IMG/VR virus record: IMGVR_UViG_3300027878_000003
Coordinates: 2,992 to 66,991 of that record
Length of the DNA: 64,000 bases
Reading direction: 5' to 3' (one strand)
From: a virus
Part shown: positions 20,700 to 31,400 of the stretch, one piece after another
How the letters are laid out: every line of letters begins with the position of its first letter
Position numbering within the stretch: the first letter of the stretch is position 1
Notes under the pieces: model-generated
What the model was told of the DNA's origin: nothing
Seen by the model: the letters and a program-made list of their open reading frames with translations, nothing else
Database searches by the model: none
Translations under genes and position numbers: made by a program

Positions 20700-21131
20700 T
20701 CAATAGTTGGCATTAACATCAAAATTGCCCTGAGAATTAATCACCTTCCACCTGGTATTAGCTTCAAGGCAGACTAATTCGAGAACGTCCGAAGGATCGG
20801 TGCTAGAGATACCGCCAGTCACACCTAGAGCGGTTTCAAGGTCGCCAAAGACAATGGATTGCCCCGCTGCTTGCGATAGGCTCCAATTAGCAGAACCTGC
20901 CGCCGAAAGCATAATCCGATCGCCTACAGCGCTGGTTTCTGGTAAGACCACACTCTCTAGGGAATTAGAGTTAATCACCGTGAACCGCTTCGCCATCAAA
21001 ACATTGCTAACGACTAGATCAGCATTCGTTTTGAAGACAATCGGAAACCCAGCGCCGATAGCAGCAATGAAGTCTGCTTCTGGAACTAGAATCTCCTTGC
21101 CTTCTACAACTCGAATGATGAAACTAGGCAT
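20700..21131 (-). CDS. Structural protein paralogous to the C-terminus of the 19604-20686 fiber
   Basis: LPETSAVGD..W.LSQ..GQ.I.FGD..D..ELVC..NTRW versus LPAVATQG..WRISQ..HFGD..D.ITLVC..NTTW. Confidence 0.65.
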   Translation of the reverse strand: MPSFIIRVVEGKEILVPEADFIAAIGAGFPIVFKTNADLVVSNVLMAKRFTVINSNSLESVVLPETSAVGDRIMLSAAGSANWSLSQAAGQSIVFGDLETALGVTGGISSTDPSDVLELVCLEANTRWKVINSQGNFDVNANY

Positions 21132-21567
21132 ACAACCAGGGATTCCCCATCTCTATGTTGATTTTTGTCTGATTCATCACGGTCGCAAAAGGCATCAGAA
21201 ATCCAATTGCGGGAGGAACTGATGTAAGCTGCCCTGCCTCTCCTAAAAACAGAAGATCCAAGCCCAGCCCCCAGTTCCAGACGGGGTTGGAGAAAATGCC
21301 TTGCCGCTGAATGCGGGGTGAGCGTCCTGATACCGTCGATTCCTCTAGAATTCCCAAGACGCTATAGGCGTGTTCGATAATTCGATGGTCGGCGTACACT
21401 AGCTCCTCGCCAGCCAGTGCCACAACCCGCCCAACATCCAGCCCCTCTGGGGCTAAAAGCCCTGGTGGAGTCTCCCCGCCAATCTCTCCCCGGCTAACGC
21501 GACGAACGACGATCGCTGGAGGTGGAGAGACGAAATCAATTTCCATAAATCTGGGTGACCCCAACAT
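21124..21567 (-). CDS. Structural protein paralogous to the C-terminus of 21536-22423
   Basis: Shared VVAL..LVYAD..HAY.V.G..WNW..LG..GQLT pattern. Confidence 0.65.
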   Translation of the reverse strand: MLGSPRFMEIDFVSPPPAIVVRRVSRGEIGGETPPGLLAPEGLDVGRVVALAGEELVYADHRIIEHAYSVLGILEESTVSGRSPRIQRQGIFSNPVWNWGLGLDLLFLGEAGQLTSVPPAIGFLMPFATVMNQTKINIEMGNPWLYA

Positions 21568-22423
21568 TAAATTGAATCCGATCGCTCAGTAATGCTGCAC
21601 CCACAGGCAATAAGAACGCTACCAATGGTGGCTCTGGAGCTGTTTGGGTAAGCTGCCCTTGAGCACCCAGGTAAATCGGTTGTCCAGCAATCCAATTCCA
21701 GGATGAGTCAGAGACGATGCCCTCTTGTAAGGCTTGAGCCTCCATGCCAGCGGCGATCGGCTCTAGAACTAAGCCCACTACGGCGTAGGCATGGGCAATG
21801 TTGCTGCTATCGGCATAGACCAGCAGGTCATTGATCAGCGCCACCACTCGCAGCGCCGCTAAATTGTTCCCCGATACTAGAGGCGGAGCGTAGAACAAGT
21901 CTTCTTCGTCAACAAAAACAGAAGCAGCCGGATCAAACGGAGTCATCAGGGTCGAAGTCACTGTGAAATCTTCTATCTCTACTTCAAAACTGGGTGAAAC
22001 CGAGATCTTGTAGACCAAGAGCCAATCGTTATTCTCGGTTTCCACCACAATAATGCTGCCGCTGGCCTCAATCTCTCGAAAGTCTGCCCCCAGGCACTCA
22101 GGCTGAATCCGCAGACGGGCAATCATCCCCATCAGCAAGGTTTCAGCATCCTTTTTGGGCAAATCCTCATATTCGTAGACCGCATCAAATCGGAACATGA
22201 TTGTGAACGATAATCGCATCGTGCCGATTACCGGAGTCTCGCCGCCCAGTCCAGGGAATGAACCCTTAGTGCTAATGTCGTTGGTCGTCGGCTCCTCACG
22301 GGCGATCGACGGCGGTACATTCGGATCTTCTGTATTCCTGGGAAAGTTTAGCCCCCATTCATCAATCCTCAGATTCCGCTCTAGATACGATCGCAGTGCC
22401 ATGCGAACAGTTTTTGGATTCAT
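21536..22423 (-). CDS. Tail terminator-like protein fused to a decoration-like domain
   Basis: Position after head-tail genes; C-domain paralogous to the next gene. Confidence 0.45.
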   Translation of the reverse strand: MNPKTVRMALRSYLERNLRIDEWGLNFPRNTEDPNVPPSIAREEPTTNDISTKGSFPGLGGETPVIGTMRLSFTIMFRFDAVYEYEDLPKKDAETLLMGMIARLRIQPECLGADFREIEASGSIIVVETENNDWLLVYKISVSPSFEVEIEDFTVTSTLMTPFDPAASVFVDEEDLFYAPPLVSGNNLAALRVVALINDLLVYADSSNIAHAYAVVGLVLEPIAAGMEAQALQEGIVSDSSWNWIAGQPIYLGAQGQLTQTAPEPPLVAFLLPVGAALLSDRIQFNVGVTQIYGN

Positions 22424-22428
22424 GATGA

Positions 22429-23133
22429 TTACAAAGTTTTCAGGAACCCCAGCCCCAAATTGCAGTGAAGCAGCTTTGGCTTAGCTTTAGCTGACATCCA
22501 TTGGACGTATCGAAGGATATCTTTCGGGTCAAACGGGCAGATACAGCCTGCGCTGCCCGGAGAATAGCTGGCATTATTATCAAGATGAATGCCAAAGTCG
22601 CCGCGACTATTCACCTTAGACTTACCGATCGCATCAATACTGCTCCAGTAGCGTCCAAGCGCATCGCCCCAAGACGCTGAACCCTGAGTCGTCGAATCCT
22701 CGACTGCACCCAGTTGATAAATTCCTTCCGGCAAGCAGCGCAAAGAACCTGAATAGTCTTTACTGGGATGCACAAAATCTTCGCGCTGAGTGAAGCCAGC
22801 GCCGGAGAGCGCGGCAATCTGATCAACACAGCGATCGCCATTCATCAGCGCGAGCCGGAATATTCTAAACCCAGAGGCATGGTACTTCCCAGTCCAATTT
22901 AGCTCTAGGCGAATCTCGCCTGAAGCAGGATTGACAGCCGGAGCTGCGACAGGAGCAGAGGGAGTCACCTCAAGCATGGCGGGATCAGCTCGAAAGATCA
23001 GTCCAAATTGCTCGCGTTGCTCATCTGTTAGCGACCGATCTAGCCAATTGACTGCTTCAACCTGCTGAGGTAATCCTTTCCAATAGCGGATGACATTAGC
23101 TAATTTGATATCGGCACTAACTACGTTAACCAT
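22429..23133 (-). CDS. L,D-transpeptidase (YkuD)-like cell-wall enzyme, probable lysin
   Basis: LPEGIY..FGIHLD..PGSAGCI (H-x..-S-x-G-C motif). Confidence 0.7.
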   Translation of the reverse strand: MVNVVSADIKLANVIRYWKGLPQQVEAVNWLDRSLTDEQREQFGLIFRADPAMLEVTPSAPVAAPAVNPASGEIRLELNWTGKYHASGFRIFRLALMNGDRCVDQIAALSGAGFTQREDFVHPSKDYSGSLRCLPEGIYQLGAVEDSTTQGSASWGDALGRYWSSIDAIGKSKVNSRGDFGIHLDNNASYSPGSAGCICPFDPKDILRYVQWMSAKAKPKLLHCNLGLGFLKTL

Positions 23134-23578
23134 CGCTTAAAGCCTCGTTTGCATCTTGAACAACAATGATGGGAGCTGGAGAAAATGGAGGGGGAAAGGT
23201 AGTCTGCTGAGGCTCTGGCTGGCTGATAGCGGCTTCAAGCTGCAACTCTGGCTGCAAATCTGCCTGGTCTGGACCTGGCATCCAATTAGGGGTATAAACA
23301 CCACCCGCGCCCACTCGTCCTGCGATCGTTTGACCTGTGGCATAAACTCCGACCATGGCGCAGATCGTTCGCAGTGAGTTAGCTATCTCAGCCAGCTCGC
23401 TTTTATGAGCGGGATACTTGTTCCCAAAATGGTCTGCCAATGGTGTTGATGCGGTTGATAAAATCGAAACAAGGAATCCCAACAGCGCCCAACGAATGGT
23501 GTTGGATTGGATTAAAGACTTAGGCTGGGTTGAGCTTGCGTCGGTATCAGCGATTGTTTCTCGTGAATATCTGGGCAT
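23126..23578 (-). CDS. Holin-like membrane protein
   Basis: Two hydrophobic segments; directly upstream of the lysin. Confidence 0.5.
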   Translation of the reverse strand: MPRYSRETIADTDASSTQPKSLIQSNTIRWALLGFLVSILSTASTPLADHFGNKYPAHKSELAEIANSLRTICAMVGVYATGQTIAGRVGAGGVYTPNWMPGPDQADLQPELQLEAAISQPEPQQTTFPPPFSPAPIIVVQDANEALSDG

Positions 23579-23595
23579 TGGAAGGAAGACTCCTA

Positions 23596-24030
23596 TTAGC
23601 GGTGGTCAGGCTTACGCCGAAGAACTAATTTCCAGCAAAGCGTGTCTTGAGTAATCGAAATAAAGTCACACTCAATTCCTGAAAGAATCTGAGTTCCGTC
23701 TGGCGATAGCACGCCATCAACGAAGTAGCTCAGCCCTGTATCAACTAGATCGTTGCGGGCATAAACACAGCTCACTCCACTCACCTGAAAGTCATCCATC
23801 TCCAACGTGATGTTGGCAGCTTGGAATGCACCCGCTAACCTGGGACCGACAAAATCGATCGCCGGAGTCGGCGTAATCTCAACAAAACTTGTCGCAACCT
23901 GAGTTTGCCCAGGCAGCTTGACCCGCCTGCGAATCACTAATGCTCTAATGGTCGGAACGCCAAAATCCTGGGCGAGCACCGCTGTTAGATCTCGGACTCC
24001 CTGCATTTGCTCAATGAATGAGAACGTCAT
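23596..24030 (-). CDS. Head closure/head-tail adaptor-like protein
   Basis: Size and synteny. Confidence 0.5.
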   Translation of the reverse strand: MTFSFIEQMQGVRDLTAVLAQDFGVPTIRALVIRRRVKLPGQTQVATSFVEITPTPAIDFVGPRLAGAFQAANITLEMDDFQVSGVSCVYARNDLVDTGLSYFVDGVLSPDGTQILSGIECDFISITQDTLCWKLVLRRKPDHR

Positions 24031-24359
24031 ATCACAAACCCAGTTGTGCTAGTGAGGCGATCGCGCAACTGGGTAAATTCCTGTCCGTAGACGGTTTTCT
24101 CCAGGTGGGTGCCTGTCAAGAATGCATTGCCTGATTGTCCCCTAGCAATCGCCGTCGTTGCCCCAGCCATCTGAGCCATCTGCCCCCACTCCAGCTCCAG
24201 TAGGTGCTGCGTGTAGAGAAAAATGCCTTCATCTCGATCGTCGCCCCATACCAGCTCTGGACACTCCCTAGCGCCCTTGTCGATCGCCCTTTGAATCGCC
24301 AAAGGTGCAACCTTGGAGTATTTAGGGTACATCGCAATCAACGTTTCAGGAGTTAGCAT
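24027..24359 (-). CDS. Head-tail connector (DUF4054-like)
   Basis: YPKY..WG..LYTQHLL..TVYGQEFTQLR. Confidence 0.75.
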   Translation of the reverse strand: MLTPETLIAMYPKYSKVAPLAIQRAIDKGARECPELVWGDDRDEGIFLYTQHLLELEWGQMAQMAGATTAIARGQSGNAFLTGTHLEKTVYGQEFTQLRDRLTSTTGFVI

Positions 24360-24518
24360 CAGACTTCAGTCTTAGTCGTTTTACTTGCTTTAGCGGTAGC
24401 CAGACCTTGATCACCGCTTCCAATTCCTTGATTTTTGTTTCTAAAACCTGAACTCGGGCTTCAAGAGGATCTACCTCTTGAGCCTCTGCCACCAATCGTT
24501 CTGCGTTTGGTAAAACCA

Positions 24519-25091
24519 TTACTGTCCTTGCGTTTGAATCATTGCTTCAATATCTGCAACCCGCACTTGGCAAGCTTCGACAATGCCATCCCGGTCATCC
24601 CGGTTCAGCGATCGCCCTAGCCAATCTGCATCGGTCGATTGCTCAATAATCTGGAAGGCATCATCCAAGGAGTAGTCCAGCGTAGTGTTGGTTGCCTTTG
24701 TACCCGCATGAACTTTGGGATAGACCACTTGGATCGCCCCGGCTCTAAGCTGCTTGGCGAAGTGGGGGTTAGTTTGCATGAGCGCAAACGCCTCCAGTGA
24801 AAAGCTGTTAGAGGAGCCTGGAGCAATGAAGTTTCCATTCACCTCAACTCCATGCCCACCCTCACCCTGGACAATAGAAGGAAAGCGCACAGGACCCAAA
24901 CGCTTAATGCCTTTAATCAACACTTCCTTTTCAGGGGCAGCGATGATCACCACAAAGCCTTCTGGCTTGGGAACATCGATCGCCGTGCTGGTGATTGGGG
25001 TAGAGCCGACTGGTGAAGTTATAACGGGAATATCTATAGCGGGAATATCTTTTGTTGCCATGTGTTTGGGGAGGGGTGGGAGTCTGGGCAC
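24519..25091 (-). CDS. Hypothetical head-module protein
   Basis: Between capsid and connector genes. Confidence 0.6.
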   Translation of the reverse strand: MPRLPPLPKHMATKDIPAIDIPVITSPVGSTPITSTAIDVPKPEGFVVIIAAPEKEVLIKGIKRLGPVRFPSIVQGEGGHGVEVNGNFIAPGSSNSFSLEAFALMQTNPHFAKQLRAGAIQVVYPKVHAGTKATNTTLDYSLDDAFQIIEQSTDADWLGRSLNRDDRDGIVEACQVRVADIEAMIQTQGQ

Positions 25092-25117
25092 AACGTTGCG
25101 CCCAGGTGGTTAATGAA

Positions 25118-26059
25118 CTAGATGCCGCCAACAAGGTGGATCGACATCGGACGACGGCAGGAGATGCCAGCGTACTTAAACTTAGCGGGGCGTTCGTAGC
25201 CCATGCCTTTGCGCTGTAGGTCTTTCCAGGTCATGGGGTACATGATCTTGGCTTTGACCTTTGCAGGTTTGCGGCAGTAGAAGATAGCGATGTCAGTGCC
25301 ATCAACGCCAGCGCCAGCAAGTTCGTTCAATGGCTCTACATTTTTGATGTAAGGGCTGTTCTCTAGGAACTGCTTGAGGATTGACCAGCCTATGTTGCCC
25401 CCAATGCCGTTGCTATCTTTCGTAGTCGTCAAATAGTTGTATTGGCGAACAGGTAGCAGTAAGGTGTCAGGCTTCTCGATTTGCTGAGTCGCTTCCACGA
25501 TCGCGGTCGAGCCGTCGTTGAGAATTGCTAGGCAAGTCTCGGCGGGGGTGCCTGCCATCAAACGGGCAGGGCTGAAGGAGTACATCGCATAGGGGTTGTT
25601 GACGAAACCCGTCATACCCAAGGAGCGATCGCCAAAGGCAATCAGTTCGTTGAGCTGTTGGTGAGCTGCCTCAGCAACGCCCTGAACGTCTTCCGCTTCA
25701 ATCGAAATATCGCCAGCGTGCAAGGATGCGGCAATATCGTCATCGCTCAAGAAGTAGCCACCAATCCAGGAATAGATCCGTTGGGTGAACTCTTCAGAGA
25801 GCAGGTTAATCATGGGAATGTCAGTGGCATAAGTCCGCATTAAGCGGAAAGCGCCAACTTTGGTAATCCGACGATAGGTGGTTGTTAGCGCCCACTCTTT
25901 GTTCTGGATATCCAAGGGGACAATGCGACCATCGGCAAAGGGAAGATCCGCCAGGTCTTCCCGGTCAATGTTAGATTCAATGTCTTCAAGCTGCCGCTGA
26001 AACGCACCGATCGATGCTGCATCTAAGCGGATTTGGTCTTCTTCTAAGCCTGCGGGCAT
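25118..26059 (-). CDS. Major capsid protein (DUF2184/linocin-like HK97 fold)
   Basis: RQLEDIE, IAFGD..GMTGFVNNP, EKPDTLLLP, SILKQFLENSP, ELAGAG. Confidence 0.88.
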   Translation of the reverse strand: MPAGLEEDQIRLDAASIGAFQRQLEDIESNIDREDLADLPFADGRIVPLDIQNKEWALTTTYRRITKVGAFRLMRTYATDIPMINLLSEEFTQRIYSWIGGYFLSDDDIAASLHAGDISIEAEDVQGVAEAAHQQLNELIAFGDRSLGMTGFVNNPYAMYSFSPARLMAGTPAETCLAILNDGSTAIVEATQQIEKPDTLLLPVRQYNYLTTTKDSNGIGGNIGWSILKQFLENSPYIKNVEPLNELAGAGVDGTDIAIFYCRKPAKVKAKIMYPMTWKDLQRKGMGYERPAKFKYAGISCRRPMSIHLVGGI

Positions 26060-26110
26060 GGTCGTATCTCCGATAAATAATGAGTGGATGAGTGAAAGTC
26101 GAAACTGCGC

Positions 26111-26929
26111 TTAACCCAGCGCCACCAAAGCAATCCGGTCCCCGTTGGGATCAACCTCGACATTGCTGGCGAAGACTGCACCAGGGAGAGCCGTAACAGC
26201 AGTGCCCGCAGAGATTGAAGCAGCGCCTTCAGTGCCCGCATCAACGCATTGAAAGACGGCAGTGTCTGCAATGTTGGTTGTGCCAGTGGGTCCTGAGTAG
26301 CGAGTCCAAATGCCTTCCAGCGCTAGGGTGCGAGTCACGACATCCATAACTTCCAACGGCTGAATTCCCGAAACCGCAGTAGGACCAATCCCAACTTTCT
26401 CGGAGGCGTGAGTCGCCATGACAACGCCAATTCCAGCAACGGTGCTTCGGGTGATCCGACCTGCCGCAATCTCGTTGCTTCCCCGGACTATCGTGTTATC
26501 AATCGCAATGATTGAGCCGAAAGGAATCAGAGTTGAGATTGAAGCCGTTACAGTCTTCGTGGGTGACAGGTTCGTTCCTGTGATCACCATTGCCACACCC
26601 AAGAGCTTCCGCTCCAATACAATCCTGCGTAGCAGCGCGTTCAGAGTGACGTTCACAGAATCGTAAATTTCGCTTTGGCGAATTGCCGACAACAGACCAG
26701 CTTCTAGCTCTGTCTGTGTTGGCGTTCCGTCAGTGGTGAAAGAAACAGTTCGACCGTCTACAACTAAGGTGTAGGTTGTACTGGCAACTGGACTAGCGGG
26801 AATGGGCACTTCCCAAACTTCCGCCTTCGCATCCGCAGTGTTCTCTACAGAACGAACTCGGGGTAAGCCGATACCGGATGGCATTCCGGCATAGGCGATT
26901 GAAAATTTTCTACGATAAGTTCTTTGCAC
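26111..26929 (-). CDS. Capsid cement/decoration-like protein
   Basis: Between protease and capsid; AYAGM..IPFG..GVVMAT pattern. Confidence 0.6.
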   Translation of the reverse strand: MQRTYRRKFSIAYAGMPSGIGLPRVRSVENTADAKAEVWEVPIPASPVASTTYTLVVDGRTVSFTTDGTPTQTELEAGLLSAIRQSEIYDSVNVTLNALLRRIVLERKLLGVAMVITGTNLSPTKTVTASISTLIPFGSIIAIDNTIVRGSNEIAAGRITRSTVAGIGVVMATHASEKVGIGPTAVSGIQPLEVMDVVTRTLALEGIWTRYSGPTGTTNIADTAVFQCVDAGTEGAASISAGTAVTALPGAVFASNVEVDPNGDRIALVALG

Positions 26930-26987
26930 AGCGATCGCCTCCTAGCGTCTAACTGAAAAATCAAAATCAAAATCAAATAAAGCTGAA

Positions 26988-28361
26988 CTACCTGCCCTTG
27001 CTCATCGCTAGAGGCGCTTTGCAGTTATCCATGCGCTTTTGGTCGCGCTCGGATGCCTCTTCCTTCTTGCTAGAACCCTTGCCTTTGCCGCTCTTGGGTT
27101 CGGTTGAGTTCACCGCGCCCTCTAGCATGTCAGCGTGGAATTTGCTCACGGCATCCGTGCGCGTCTTCCCAGTGCTGGCAGCTCGGTAAAGCCCCGGCAC
27201 TTCGTCATCGGCAATGTCTTCGCCAGGATGAAGGGCAGTCACTAGCGATCGCTTGATTTCCATGGGGCTAGAGCCAGAGTCGAAGCGAACTTCAACGTTG
27301 ATTCCCTGTTCCTTCAGACCTGCAATTACCTGGTAGGCATTGTTCAACGCATCTACGCGAATCGCGGCTTCTTTAGAAACCCGTTCTTCTATTGCTGCTT
27401 CGTCAACACCGCTATCGGTGCGAGCTTCAGAGAGTTCAGCGATCGTGTCCTTAGCCTCTTCAAGCTGGACTTCAAAGCCGTAAGCAATGCCTGCTTGCCG
27501 ATCCTTTTCTTCAGTCATGGCATCCAGGCGCTCAACCAGCCCTTCAACCTGATCAGCAGCGTCAAAGCGTGCAGACGCTTCTGCGTCTAGAGAATCCATT
27601 CGTTCTTTCTGAGCCGTCAGTTTCTGGGAAACGACTCCAGCTAATGCTTCTGGGCATTCATAGCTGGCTCCGTCAATGGTGATTGTTGCCATAGGTCTAC
27701 CTGGTTCTTTGCCTGTGTCTGAGAGTGGGTCAACTGAATCGTTGTGTTCAGTGTTCACAAATTGAGAAATCCATTTACATTCGTCTGCGTCCGCGTCTAA
27801 ACCCGTGTCCATCTGCATCCCCACGTCAAGAACATCGCCGCTGTCCATCCGCAATCTGGTGCCCACGCCAGCGCGAGGATTGTCGGTCAAAGCAATGTGG
27901 TTGTAGCGAATATTGGTTTGGCGGTGAGTGTAGGACGTGCCGTCGTACTCGCCCGCTTCTTCAGCGCAGTCGCAGCGATAGCCCGCAGAGAGATAGCGTT
28001 TCCTGCCAGCCTTAATTGTCTCAACTGCATCCTCTCGCTGGATGGCAAATACAACTTCAATTAAGCCGCCGTCGAGCACATCAACGCGGTGACCGCTGAT
28101 CCCAACAGCGTCACTGCCCCAACTCCTGGGGCTAACCAGCGATCGGGGATGTTCCAAGCACACAGGCTTGGTGCCTAATGTTTTGAGGCTATCGGTTCTG
28201 AGTACATCTTCGGGATGTCGCAGCTCATACTGCATGGAGCCGTCAGAATTTTGATAGGGGAACACGCCACAGCGAGTGGGCACCCCCTTTACAGTGAGGA
28301 ATCCTTCTTCTGATTCCTCCACTTGATTGACAATACCAATGTCGTATCTAAGAACTTCCAT
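26988..28361 (-). CDS. Prohead protease/scaffold (DUF2213-like)
   Basis: EGFL..TRCGVFPY..ELRHPEDV..EHP..LSAGY..QTNIRYNHIAL..PRAG, then a coiled-coil scaffold. Confidence 0.88.
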   Translation of the reverse strand: MEVLRYDIGIVNQVEESEEGFLTVKGVPTRCGVFPYQNSDGSMQYELRHPEDVLRTDSLKTLGTKPVCLEHPRSLVSPRSWGSDAVGISGHRVDVLDGGLIEVVFAIQREDAVETIKAGRKRYLSAGYRCDCAEEAGEYDGTSYTHRQTNIRYNHIALTDNPRAGVGTRLRMDSGDVLDVGMQMDTGLDADADECKWISQFVNTEHNDSVDPLSDTGKEPGRPMATITIDGASYECPEALAGVVSQKLTAQKERMDSLDAEASARFDAADQVEGLVERLDAMTEEKDRQAGIAYGFEVQLEEAKDTIAELSEARTDSGVDEAAIEERVSKEAAIRVDALNNAYQVIAGLKEQGINVEVRFDSGSSPMEIKRSLVTALHPGEDIADDEVPGLYRAASTGKTRTDAVSKFHADMLEGAVNSTEPKSGKGKGSSKKEEASERDQKRMDNCKAPLAMSKGR

Positions 28362-28384
28362 GAGCGATCGCTTAAGGTTGCTCT

Positions 28385-28394
28385 TAGATTTCCC
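28385..28394 (-). promoter_or_regulatory. Putative late-promoter motif GGGAAATCTA
   Basis: About 24 nt upstream of the DUF2213 start. Confidence 0.5.
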
Positions 28395-28430
28395 GATTCA
28401 GGTTGGGCGTTTGCGTTTGAGAATAGGCAT

Positions 28431-28466
28431 AAAAAAGCGCTCAAGGGTAATTAAGCCCTGAGCGCT
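28431..28466 (-). terminator. Intrinsic terminator after the giant gene
   Basis: Minus strand AGCGCTCAGGG..CCCTTGAGCGCT followed by a T6 tract. Confidence 0.7.
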
Positions 28467-28496
28467 ACGAAATAAACAACTTGCCTCCAACTTACC

Positions 28497-31400
28497 CTAT
28501 TCAGTACGTTTTTGACCCAGGAATGCTTTGTCTAATGGATGCTCTTGGGATACACGGGCAACCGCTTCATCTATCTCCTTCTGCATGGCTCGGTTGAGCA
28601 TTGTCATTGCTTGGTCAGCTTTTTTTACCAACAAGTCGGAATGACCGCCCTTACTCCGAACCTCGGCATGAAACACTCTCAGAAGTCGCTGATGATTCTC
28701 CTGACTTTTAGCCTTAATCTCATCAACAGCGATCGCCAGTGACTTCTCTCGATTACCCTGAGCAATCAAAGCGTGTTCCATCGCCTGCCACTTTTTCTGA
28801 GAGCCGCGAGTGGGCATCTCTCTGATTTCCTTGGCTCGTTCCTTAAAGGGTTGAGACAGTCCAGATAACTCTTCGCTATATCGATCTTGAGCCAGCTTGC
28901 CGACAGCCTTTGTTACTCGTTGCTCCAAATTAGCGGGAGTCACAACTGATAGATCTAGTCCGCGACGAACAGAGGTAGCGAACGCCACACCCTCTTTGGA
29001 ATTTGAAGCTAAAGCCCCTTTGACCGTCGAGCCAGCAGCCATTTTGTCACGCTCCGCTTGAATCTGTTCCTGTGTGCTCTTCACAGCTTCTTGTCGTTGG
29101 ACTTCAATTCGCTGCAACGCATTACGCTCGATAACCGAAGCCGCTTCTCCCGTTCTCCGGGCTACCTCCTCTTCACCCTTCACCTTTAGATCATTAGCTT
29201 TTGCCTCAAAGTCCTTCTCCATCTGAGCAGTGCGACTTTTGTAGGTAGTCATGAACTCTTTTTTAATCTCTTTCCTAGTGGCAGCGATCGCTTTTGCTTG
29301 CCCCTGTTCCATATCTACGATGCGTTTTTTCGCCTCTTCGTGGTCAGACTCTAGCTGCTTTAACTTAGCAGCCTGCTCTGGGTTTGATTCGCCAGAGAGA
29401 ATATCCTTTTTCTGCGTCTCAAATTCATCAGATAGTTTCTGAGTTGTTTCCGCTGTTGCGGTATCTACAGCTTTTTTGGTTTTAGCCTCTTCCTCTTTGC
29501 GAATCCGCGACTCCTGTCTGGTCAACTCTTCTTCGCTTTCGGCTTTCGCTTTCGCTGTAGTGGCGGAGATCTTGTTGTCAGCCCACCACTTGCCAGCCAA
29601 GGCTCCACCGACTCCGGCGACTCCAATGGCTCCACCAATTCCGATCGCTGCGGCAATAGCTCCCCCAGAGGATGACTGACGCTTAATAGTCTCTGCGATC
29701 GCCCCGTTCAGGCGTTGATTCCCAGGCGTTGAACCGGAATCATCGCCGTCATCCTTTTTGGGGCGATTAGGATCAAGTTTTCTCAGGTAGCGTCCACCCT
29801 TGACTCGCCTGTCGTTGACCCAGGTGTGACCTGGAGGAGCACCGTCTGTAGAGTCAACTCTCTTGTTAAGGCGATCGACTTTTGATTTCAACTTTCTCAG
29901 GTATTTTCCACCTTTCACCCGTGCATCAAGAACCCAGACATGTCCAGCAGGGGCAGCGTCTTTAGAATCGGTTCTGTTCGCCTTGTCATGAGCATTTTTG
30001 GCTAATAGTGCAGTAGCTCCCAACACCCCGACAGAGAACAACCCAGCCCCTACGGCTACCCTGCGTCGTCGCCGTGATTCTTCCGCTGGAGTTTCGCCAT
30101 ACTCATCCTCCCACTCCGCCTCTTCTTGTTTTTGAAGTTCACGCCCTTTTGCCGCATTCCACGATTTATCGCCTTTGCCCTGCACCCCACCATTAGACTT
30201 TCTCAAGTATTTCCCACCTTTCACCCGTGAGTCATGAACCCAGACATATCCAGCCGGGGCAGCGTCTTTAGAGTCAACTCTTTTTGACTTTACCTCTATG
30301 GTTTCACCCTTTACTGCTTCATCGTGCTCCAAGTTCACTGAAGCCTTAGCAGCAGCATTTGGAGGGGTTTGAGGCGATCGCGCCTTTGACCTGATCTCTT
30401 TGTCCGCATCTATTTTGCCAGCAAGAATGGCTCTAGCTCCCACTGCCGCACCAAGCACCCCACCAGTAACGATACCGCCCCCAATCAAGCCCGCCACTTT
30501 CAGCGCCGTTCCGCCTCGCTTCTTCCGCAAATAACGCCCACCTTCAACCCTGCTATCTTTAACCCAGACATGTCCAGCCGGGGCACTGTCTTTAGAATCA
30601 ACCCGTTTTGACTTTACATCTATGGTCTTATCCTTTGAGTTGCTGTCATTCTCCAAGTTCACCCTACTGGTAGCCTCAGTAGCAGCCTTTGGGCGGGTTC
30701 CAGACGATCGCGCTGACGGAGGCTTCTTGGACGTTTCTTCCTCTGAGGGGTCATTCTTGGCGGCTGAAGCCGCATCATGTTGCTTCTGAAACTCTTTTTT
30801 AGACTCGCTCCGTAGATGATTAGAAATCAAAATTCCCTTTGCCGCACCGCCGATAACCGCCGCACTGCCGATAACCGCCGCACCTGCAACAATTGCTTTG
30901 CTGTGTGACTTCTTCCGCAAATAACGCCCACCTTCAACCCTACTGTCTTGAACCCAGGTAAATCCTGGGGGCGCTCCATCAGCGGCATCTGTTCTAAGAT
31001 TTATGGCTCCAGCAATAAAGGCATCTGGGCGGTCTGCCAATACTAGATCCAAAATCATCTGCGCCTGCGCTTCGCCAGAATCCTTTCGCTCCGTCTTCAT
31101 CGGCTTATCCATTGACTCAGGTGTGGGCAATTCAGGCGACTTTGACGCTAGGGTCGTCATTAGAACCATCAAATAGTTTTTATACATCCCTACCCGGATC
31201 GAATCGGCTAACGACGGATATAAGACGGCAAATTCTTCAGCCAGAGCGCCGTAATCTTCGGGCGATCGCAGTTCCTGGGTAGCTGGGTCAATCGTTGCAT
31301 TGAACGCTTCAGATCGAGAAACCGAATCACTAACGCGATCGGCAGAATCGACTCGATCTTTAGGCTTGGGAGGATTTTTCTTTAGATGTTCTACAGCCTG